Source of the DNA: Candidatus Methylomirabilota bacterium
GTDB lineage: Bacteria > Methylomirabilota > Methylomirabilia > Rokubacteriales > CSP1-6
Length of the DNA: 64,000 nucleotides
Direction: 5' to 3'
NCBI GenBank assembly: GCA_046726415.1
Contig: JBKPAK010000103.1
Location: forward strand, 15,597 to 79,596
A program made the position numbers and the translations under genes. The notes below the pieces were generated by a model. That model saw nothing but the letters and a program-made list of their open reading frames with translations, did no database searches and was not told where the DNA came from. How positions within the stretch are numbered: the stretch's first letter is position 1; every line of letters begins with the position of its first letter. Positions 57,126 to 64,000 of this stretch are shown here, in pieces.

Positions 57126-58115
57126 ATGGGGACGGAGCTGGAGATCGCCCGGTCAATGCAGCGATATCTCGCCGAGCACGCCGGTCTCAAGTATCACTTC
57201 TTCGGCGGCAAGGGCGGGGTAGGCAAGACGGCCATGGCCGGGACCACCGCGCTCTGGCTCGCCCGGCAAGGACGCCGCACGTTGCTGGCCTCGACCAATC
57301 CTGTGCACAGCTTGTCCGGGCTCCTCGGCCAGGACGTCTCGGAGGCTCCCACCGAGGTGCGCGGCGTGTCCGGGCTCCACGCCTACGAGATCGACACCCG
57401 GGAGACCATCGAGCGCTCCAAGCGGGAGATCCGGGAGAAGATCCAGTGGTTCCTGAAGTTCGCCGACATCTCCACCAAGGCCGACGAGTTCGTGGAGTCG
57501 GCCACCATGAACCCGGCCTTCGAGGAGTCGGCCATGTTCGAGAACATGGTCGACCTGATGCTGAAGCGCGAGTACGAAGCGTACGTCTTCGACACCGCGC
57601 CCACCGCCAACGCCCGGCGCCTACTCGGCATGTCCAAGGTCTACGCGCTGTGGGTGGAGAAGATGCTCAAGTCTCGCCAGGAGGCCCGCACCCTGCGCGA
57701 GGTGCTCTCCTTCACCAAGAAGAAGGAAGACGACCCCTTGCTCGAGTATCTGCTGCAGTTCCGCACCCGCATGGGCCAGGCGCGCCAGCTCCTCACGGAC
57801 GAGGGCCAGACCGCCTTCTTCTTCGTGACCTTGCCCGAGGCCCTTCCCATCGCCGTGATCACGCGCTTCATCGGATGGTTCCACGAGTTCGGCATCCCGG
57901 TGGGCGGCGTCATCGTCAACATGGTGCTCGACCGCGAGGCGCTGGGGACGGATCTCCCCGAGTTCGTCCTCAATCGCCTCGCCATGCAGGCGGAGCACAT
58001 GCGGACGATCCGCGAGAAGTTCGACGAATCGGTGCGCGCGGTCATCCCGCTGTTCGATCAGGAGGTACGCGGCGTGGCCATGCTCGACCACGCCGCCGCC
58101 GCGCTCTTCGCCTGA
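57126..58115 (+). CDS. ArsA/Get3 family ATPase 2
   Basis: GKGGVGKT, STNPVHSL, DTAPTAN; no Cys. Confidence 0.9.
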   Translation: MGTELEIARSMQRYLAEHAGLKYHFFGGKGGVGKTAMAGTTALWLARQGRRTLLASTNPVHSLSGLLGQDVSEAPTEVRGVSGLHAYEIDTRETIERSKREIREKIQWFLKFADISTKADEFVESATMNPAFEESAMFENMVDLMLKREYEAYVFDTAPTANARRLLGMSKVYALWVEKMLKSRQEARTLREVLSFTKKKEDDPLLEYLLQFRTRMGQARQLLTDEGQTAFFFVTLPEALPIAVITRFIGWFHEFGIPVGGVIVNMVLDREALGTDLPEFVLNRLAMQAEHMRTIREKFDESVRAVIPLFDQEVRGVAMLDHAAAALFA

Positions 58116-58453
58116 CGGCGCGCCGGCGCGAGCGGGCTCTGACGGTGGCCGGGCACGCTGGTCCCTTTGGTCCCTGATGCCACGAAGACCGTGCGGGCGG
58201 CTGCCGAGCAGGCATCTCGACGTGCCGACCGCGACTCCTGCCATCGCAAGCGGCCACCGCACGCGGTCGTGCCGCGTCGCGAGGCAGTCGCCCTCCGCGC
58301 GCACGGCCTCGATACCGCTCGATTCCCCTGTCGTCGTCACGCTTGCCCCTGCGGCACGCCTCCATTGGCACGCTTGGTGTTGTTGCTTACTGAATGTGTC
58401 GGCCGGTGCCGCCATTTGTGCCTCACCAGCAAGCACCCGGGAGCCGGCCGCTG

Positions 58454-58815
58454 ATGCTCAAGCTCGAGTCCATGGCATCGACCGCGACCCACTGCCCATA
58501 CTGGGACTCGCGCCGCCGACGGCCCTCGGTGCCAATCTCGTCTACACCGTTCCGTCGGATCGGCGGGCGCAGCTGATCTACCTCCGGGCGGGTAACACTG
58601 CGCCGGAGCTCGTGTACGTCGAGCTGCTGCGCAACGGCAAGGTCATGCGGCTCTTCCGGGTCGGCGCCCCGTGGCACGTCCATGTGCCACTGGCCGTGGT
58701 GGAGGATCTCTTCGCCGCCACGCGGCTCGAGGTCAGGCTCGGGGCGCCGCGCGATCTGCGCGCTGGGGCCGAGTTGTTCGCCATCACCATGTTCGGTGAC
58801 GAGCCGTACGGCAAC
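58454..58815 (+). pseudogene. Mosaic remnant of nitrate/nitrite assimilation genes
   Basis: YTVPSDRRAQLIYLRAGN...MRLF.VGA...HVPLAVVEDL resembles the small protein of assimilatory nitrate reductase clusters; ELFAITMFGDEPYGN resembles the NirB N-terminal region. Confidence 0.5.
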
Positions 58816-58958
58816 GATGCGGGTCATGAAGGACGGCCGGCTGAAGTCGATCGTCGCCTGCTATTTCCGACACACTACCGACGCGGGGTCTCGGCGCGCA
58901 CACCCGCGCCGGGCCTGCTCACCACGCAAGCCTTCGACATATAATCGCGCACCACGAG

Positions 58959-59744
58959 ATGGCATTGACCACGCGGACGCTCGAGGGGAAGGCCGCGATC
59001 ATTACCGGCGCGGCGACCGGGATCGGCCGCGCGACCGCACGGCTCTTCGCCGGCGCCGGCGCGCGCCTCACCTTGGCCGACGTCCGGGAAACGGAGCTGG
59101 AGGCGACGGTCGCCGAGGTGCGGGCGGCCGGCGGCGCAGCCTCCGCGGTCGTCGCCGATCTCGCCCGTCCGGAGGACTGCGCGGCCGTGGTGGATGCGGC
59201 GGTGCGCGCCTTCGGGCGCCTCGACGTCGTCTTCAACAATGCCGGCGTGGGCACTCTGGTCGTGGGCGGGACGGTGGAGACGATCCCGCTCGAGCGATGG
59301 GACCTCGCCCAGGACGTGAACGTGCGGGCGATCTACCTCGTGAGCCAGGCCGCGGTGCCCCATCTCCGCGCCGCCGGCGGCGGGGCCATCGTCAACACGG
59401 CATCGGTCGCCGCCTTCCGGGGATCGCGCGCGCGGCCGAGCCACGCGTATGCGGCCTCGAAGGGCGCCGTCCTCGCGCTCACCCGCGCGATGGCCGCCAG
59501 CTATGGGGCCGACGGCATCCGGGTGAACGCGATCTGCCCGGGGACGATCCGCACTCGCCTGACCGCCGACATCATCGAGGGCGCCGAGCGCGACGCCGCC
59601 GCGGGTCGAGGCATCCCGCTCGGGCGCGTGGGGGAGCCCGAGGACATCGCCAGCTGCGCGCTCTTCCTCGCCTCGGACGACTCCGCCTGGATCACCGGAA
59701 TCGAGATCGTCGTCGACGGAGGAGCGCGCGCGGCATCGGTCTAG
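58959..59744 (+). CDS. Short-chain dehydrogenase/reductase
   Basis: TGAATGIG, NNAG, YAASK, VNAICPG. Confidence 0.95.
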   Translation: MALTTRTLEGKAAIITGAATGIGRATARLFAGAGARLTLADVRETELEATVAEVRAAGGAASAVVADLARPEDCAAVVDAAVRAFGRLDVVFNNAGVGTLVVGGTVETIPLERWDLAQDVNVRAIYLVSQAAVPHLRAAGGGAIVNTASVAAFRGSRARPSHAYAASKGAVLALTRAMAASYGADGIRVNAICPGTIRTRLTADIIEGAERDAAAGRGIPLGRVGEPEDIASCALFLASDDSAWITGIEIVVDGGARAASV

Positions 59745-60790
59745 CGCAACTTCGGGGCGACCTTCTCCATGAACAAGCGCATGGAGGAGAGCGTGTGCTC
59801 GTTCGGGATCGCCTGGCCGCAGTTCATCTCGGCCAGGATCGTGGAGATGCCCAGCAACTCCCCGAGCTGCTGCAGCCGGTCGATCACCATCTCCGGGGTT
59901 CCGTAGGCGAGCTTGTCGCGCTGCGCTTCCTCGTACGTGATGCTGCCTAGGCGCGCGCCCCGCGCAGCCCGGTCTTCGATCGCCCGCGTCCCCGCCCGCG
60001 AGGCCGAGTCGACCAGACGCTCACCCAGGTAACGGTAGAAGCCCATCGTGCTTTCGCGGGGAATCGACAGGGCTTCATCCCGCGTTCGCCCCACGAAGAC
60101 CGGCAGCCGCAGCCCGACGTTGCCCTCCCCCGGGTGTCCCGCCTCCTTCCACGCCGTCCGATACTCCCGAAGCGGCTCGACCAGATCCATCAGGGACCCC
60201 AGACGGACGGCCACGAAAATTGGCCACCCCATGCGCCCGACGAGGGCATAGGTGTCCGCGCTGTTGACGGCCACGCGAACGGGCGGATGGGGTTTCTGGT
60301 AGGGCTTGGGGATGACCGTCACGTTCTCGTACGCGAAATAGGTGCCCCGATACGAGAAGCGTTCCTCGCTCCACGCCTTGAGGATGATCTCCAGCTGCTC
60401 GAACATGCGGTCGCGACTCTCGCCGTACGGGACGCCGAAGGTCTCGTAGGTGGTGGGAAACCCGCTGCGCCCGATGCCGAACTCGAAGCGACCGTGGCCG
60501 ATATGGTCCACGGTGGCCGCTTCCTCGGCCGTGCGGAGCGGATTGGCCAGCGGAAGCACGTGCACGGCCGAGCCGATCTTCAGGCGCTCGGTCCGCGCGG
60601 CGAGCGCGGCGGCGATGACCAGCGGGGCCGCCAGCACCGAGCGCGAGGGGCTGAAATGGATCTCGGCGAGCCAGATCGCGTCGAAGCCGTACCGCTCGGC
60701 CGCCAACGCCTGCGCGAAGGCCTCGTCGAAGGCCTCGGTTTCGCTGTAGCCCTGAGGGCGGTGACACTCATGAAAGACGCCGAACTCCAT
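59741..60790 (-). CDS. LLM-class flavin-dependent oxidoreductase
   Basis: AERYGFDAIWLAEIHF, AEEAATVD, PKPYQKPHPP; GAGGAGG SD before MEFGVF. Confidence 0.92.
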   Translation of the reverse strand: MEFGVFHECHRPQGYSETEAFDEAFAQALAAERYGFDAIWLAEIHFSPSRSVLAAPLVIAAALAARTERLKIGSAVHVLPLANPLRTAEEAATVDHIGHGRFEFGIGRSGFPTTYETFGVPYGESRDRMFEQLEIILKAWSEERFSYRGTYFAYENVTVIPKPYQKPHPPVRVAVNSADTYALVGRMGWPIFVAVRLGSLMDLVEPLREYRTAWKEAGHPGEGNVGLRLPVFVGRTRDEALSIPRESTMGFYRYLGERLVDSASRAGTRAIEDRAARGARLGSITYEEAQRDKLAYGTPEMVIDRLQQLGELLGISTILAEMNCGQAIPNEHTLSSMRLFMEKVAPKLR

Positions 60791-61019
60791 CGCCGACCTC
60801 CTCGTCGCCAAGCATCCCGCGGCTGCCCCGGACTCTGCGCCCACGTGCCGAGACGTGTCAAGGGCGACCCCGATTCGGGCGCATCGACACCGCCTGGGGA
60901 GCATCCTCTGGCGGAGGTCATCATGGCCCGACTCCCCGCGCTTGACGCGTTTGGCGCATCGGGCAACACTCCGGGAATCCGAGCCACTGCCCCGGCTCAC
61001 CCGGGGCCCGGAGGGTCGC

Positions 61020-61520
61020 ATGCCATCGAGCCTGCAGGAGCTTCTCACCCAGCGAGTGGCGCGTTTCGTGGATCGCATCCCGGATTGGGACGCCTTCGCC
61101 GACGCGCGCGTGGACGGCTATCGTCGGGCCCAGCACCGCTTCATCGGAGCGGGGGCCTCTGGCAAGGTCAACGACCCGAGCATCATCCCGGCCGAGCATT
61201 TCACCTTGAGCATCATGTTCGTGCCACCCGGGCAGGGCAACGCCGCGCACTTGCACGAAGTCGAGGAGGTCTTCTTCATCCTCCAGGGAAAGGTGCTGGT
61301 CTTTCTGGAGGACGAGGGGGGCCATCGCGCGGAGACGGTGCTGGGGCCCTGGGACTGCATCTCGTGCCCCGCCAACATGCTCCACGGCTTTCAAAACGTG
61401 GGGCTCGAGCCGGCGTACCTGCAAGTCATGCTGGGCAAGGGGCGGCCCGATCTGATGACGTACGCCGATCGCGACCTCCAGCACCGCCGCGCCGAGCACC
61501 TCACCGCGCCGCGCGCCTGA
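61020..61520 (+). CDS. Cupin domain protein
   Basis: AHLHEVEEVFFILQG, CPANMLHGFQN; GGAGG SD. Confidence 0.85.
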   Translation: MPSSLQELLTQRVARFVDRIPDWDAFADARVDGYRRAQHRFIGAGASGKVNDPSIIPAEHFTLSIMFVPPGQGNAAHLHEVEEVFFILQGKVLVFLEDEGGHRAETVLGPWDCISCPANMLHGFQNVGLEPAYLQVMLGKGRPDLMTYADRDLQHRRAEHLTAPRA

Positions 61521-61556
61521 GACCAAGCCACGCGGCGCGATGAGGGAGGGCGAGAG

Positions 61557-61579
61557 CCCGGAGGCTTGCGGCCTCCGGG
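61557..61579. terminator. GC-rich hairpin between convergent genes
   Basis: CCCGGAGGC-TTGCG-GCCTCCGGG; no clear U-tract. Confidence 0.45.
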
Positions 61580-61586
61580 GCTTCGC

Positions 61587-63059
61587 TTACGCGCCCGCCC
61601 GGCTCGGCGTCTCCGCCAGCACCGCGGCGGCCGCATTCGCGACGGCGGTGCCCGCGAAAAAGTTCGGATTCTGGGTGCCCCACAGCCGCACGGCGTTGGC
61701 GAAGGTGAAATCGCGGAAGTCCGCGGCGGTGATCAACTCGTCCTCGACCAGCTCATAGGCCTCGGGCAGCACCTCCAGCATGTCGGGCACGTCGAAGTGT
61801 CCGATGTCGGAGCCGAAGATCGCATTGAGCCGGGCGCCGAAGGGGTTGGCGCGGCGGCTGAACGCCCACGCGTTCACGCGGTCATCCGCTTCGCAGCCGA
61901 AGTAGAACGGCGTCACGAAGAGGTCGCGCCAGTCTTCCTTGCGCTCGATGCGGCACGCCGAGTAGTCATCGAGGTCGGGGAGGCCGCCGGTGAGGGTGAC
62001 CGCGTTGGGGTCGGGCCACCCGTCGCGCGCGCGCAGCGCCGCCGCGATGTCTTCGTATCCGTACTTCTGGGTCAACTCCATGAGCAGGGCGCGATCGAGC
62101 GTGCGCGGATCGGTGTGCTCCAGCGCCTTCCGGTTGCGCTTGTCCCAATGGCCGATGAGGTCGCCGAAGAGCATGCAGGCCCACCCCACACCCCCCTCGA
62201 GGAATCCGAAGTTGACCCCGGGGAAGCGGCGCGTCACCCCGCCCAGGAAGATCGCCTTGCAGACCGCATGGCCGGCGGCGGCGAAGTGCCCGATGTGGTT
62301 GTAGGTGAAGTTTGTGGGTGAGAGCCGAAGTCCCTGCCGACTGGAGGCGGTGTGGAACGTCGGCGCGATGCGAAGCTCCGCGCACTTCGCCCACACAGGG
62401 TCGTAGTCGTAGTGACTGTCGAGGGCCAGCGCGTCGTACCAGAGCGCAAAGCGCGCCACCTCACCACCACCGTTCCCGATCGATTCCACCGGTCGCGGGA
62501 AGAGGCTGCCGAACATCGCGACCTTGGAGCCGAGCTGACCGGTGCAGAACTCGAGCTCGGCGATCGCCTCGTCGGGCGTGCCGACGGGAATGACGGCGGC
62601 CGGCGTCATGCGGTCGCCGAAGTCGCGAAAATAGTCGGCGGTGACGATGTTGAACGCGCGGCAGACAGCGCGGCGCTGCCCGTCGTCGGCGATACGGGGT
62701 ACGCGGAGCCCTGCCGTGGGATAGATGGCCGCAAAGTCGATGCCCAGCTCCTCGAGCCGCTCGTACAGAAGGCGCGGCAACATTCCCGTAGCGCGGTCGC
62801 GCGTGTTCCTCTCCGCCCGCGACCAGAACCCTTCCTGGCCGATCCGGCGCCGCCGCCGCTCGGCCACCGACATGGTCTGCACCTCACGCGTGGCCCGTCC
62901 GATGGCGCTGAAGGCATCCGCGGCCTGGTCCCCACCCACCTTGCGGATCTGCTCGCTGAAGACCGGGCCGTACTCCAGCCAATGGCCGTCGGCGTCGATC
63001 ACGGGATGGGTCAGCCGGGAACGGATCTGCGTTGGGGTCGGATGATGGCGTTCGCTCAC
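61587..63059 (-). CDS. Amidohydrolase family protein
   Basis: IDADGH, YDPVW, FH, FLEGGVGW, FGSDIGH.D; AGGAGGT SD before GTG 63059. Confidence 0.88.
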   Translation of the reverse strand: MSERHHPTPTQIRSRLTHPVIDADGHWLEYGPVFSEQIRKVGGDQAADAFSAIGRATREVQTMSVAERRRRRIGQEGFWSRAERNTRDRATGMLPRLLYERLEELGIDFAAIYPTAGLRVPRIADDGQRRAVCRAFNIVTADYFRDFGDRMTPAAVIPVGTPDEAIAELEFCTGQLGSKVAMFGSLFPRPVESIGNGGGEVARFALWYDALALDSHYDYDPVWAKCAELRIAPTFHTASSRQGLRLSPTNFTYNHIGHFAAAGHAVCKAIFLGGVTRRFPGVNFGFLEGGVGWACMLFGDLIGHWDKRNRKALEHTDPRTLDRALLMELTQKYGYEDIAAALRARDGWPDPNAVTLTGGLPDLDDYSACRIERKEDWRDLFVTPFYFGCEADDRVNAWAFSRRANPFGARLNAIFGSDIGHFDVPDMLEVLPEAYELVEDELITAADFRDFTFANAVRLWGTQNPNFFAGTAVANAAAAVLAETPSRAGA

Positions 63060-63213
63060 GGGACACCTCCTGAGGACGTGGACAAGGGATGGGCGTGCGT
63101 TCGCAACTCGACCGTAGTGCGGCCCAGCCACGGAGTCAAGGGGACCGGGCCAGTGGTGGAAGGGTGCTCCAACGGCGCGGCCACACCCTACCCGCGATGC
63201 TATCGCGAGAGGC

Positions 63214-63999
63214 TCATCCGTGGCTCTCCCTCCCGGCGAGGGCCGCGCGCATCCGCTCGAGTCCCTGCTCGAGGAGGACGCGCGGGCAGCCGAAGTTGAG
63301 CCGCACGAACCCCTGGCCATACTTGCCGAAGGTCGCCCCATCGCTGAGCGCCACGCGGGCCTGCTCGAGGAAGAAGGCGAACGGCTCTTGAACGGGGGGG
63401 TCGGCCGCTCGACAGTCGAGCCACGCGAGGGAGGTCCCCTCCGGCGCCACCATGGACACGCCGGGCAATCGTTCCCGGACGTATGTGGCGAGGAAATCGC
63501 GGTTCCTCTCGAGGTAGCGCAGGAGGTCATCGAGCCATGGCCAGCCGTCCCGATACGCGGCCAGGGCTGCGGTATAGCCCATGATGTTGGCCGCCTGCAC
63601 GAGATCCAGGCGAGTGGCGACGAATCGCTCGCGCAGCGCCCGGTTCGGGATAATGGCCAGCGCGCACTTGAGTCCGGCCAGGTTGAATGTCTTGCTGGGG
63701 GCCATCAGGGTGATCGTGCGATCTTCGATCTCGCGGGACAGCGAAGCGATCGGCAGATGGCGATGACCCGAATAGATCAGGTCAGCGTGGATCTCGTCCG
63801 CCACGATGGCCAGGTCGTATCGCAGGCATCCCTCGGCGAGCGCGGTCAGCTCCTCGCGACTGAAGACGCGCCCCACCGGGTTGTGCGGATTGCAGAGCAG
63901 CAAGATCCGCGTGTCCGGGCGAATCGCCGCGGCAAAGGCCGCATGGTCCACGGTGTAACGTCCGGCCGCGTCCCGCGCCAAGGGAACTTCGTCGAAGCG
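63214..63999 (-). CDS. PatB/MalY C-S lyase (PLP, aminotransferase class I/II); 5' end outside window
   Basis: LCNPHNPVGRV, DEIHAD, PSKTFNLAG, VRLNFGC. Confidence 0.9.
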   Translation of the reverse strand, partial: RFDEVPLARDAAGRYTVDHAAFAAAIRPDTRILLLCNPHNPVGRVFSREELTALAEGCLRYDLAIVADEIHADLIYSGHRHLPIASLSREIEDRTITLMAPSKTFNLAGLKCALAIIPNRALRERFVATRLDLVQAANIMGYTAALAAYRDGWPWLDDLLRYLERNRDFLATYVRERLPGVSMVAPEGTSLAWLDCRAADPPVQEPFAFFLEQARVALSDGATFGKYGQGFVRLNFGCPRVLLEQGLERMRAALAGRESHG

Positions 64000-64000
64000 A

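Noticed and set aside
56141-58115. Arsenic resistance operon
   Set aside because: No arsR/B/C/D or acr3, and the ATPases have no cysteines.
1766-63299. Many long antisense or alternate-frame ORFs (e.g. 2767-4227+, 19542-21119-, 35043-36983+)
   Set aside because: Shadow ORFs expected in high-GC DNA; they overlap well-supported genes and are Arg/Pro/Gly-rich without motifs.

Overview
High-GC bacterial chromosomal window. Gene style and dispersed GC-rich palindromic repeats suggest a Ca. Rokubacteria/Methylomirabilota-like organism (inference only). It holds about 58 mostly metabolic, envelope and tRNA-modification genes: amidases, CoA-transferase/hot-dog/CitE enzymes, LemA-TPM, oppBCA, greA, an RND pair, a PpiD-like chaperone, trmI, gcdH, queC, glcDEF and a HisD-family enzyme. 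Several decayed gene remnants are present; no rRNA, tRNA, CRISPR or intact mobile element was seen. Two genes that the ORF track truncates or splits contain in-frame TGA codons at Cys positions, each followed by a SECIS-like hairpin. One is a rhodanese-MoeB (40837-42063). The other, and the most interesting signal, is a small thioredoxin-like UxxC protein (53149-53541). It heads a six-gene operon with a CstA-family transporter, two paralogous small proteins and two Cys-free ArsA/Get3-like ATPases, one of which looks hydrolysis-dead. Other signals: a two-stem REP-like repeat family with one copy translated inside oppC, a promoter-driven structured RNA/sORF candidate at about 16.3-16.5 kb, a lone DGQHR gene, and many apparently leaderless genes. 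All family calls come from motif recognition; no database search was run.
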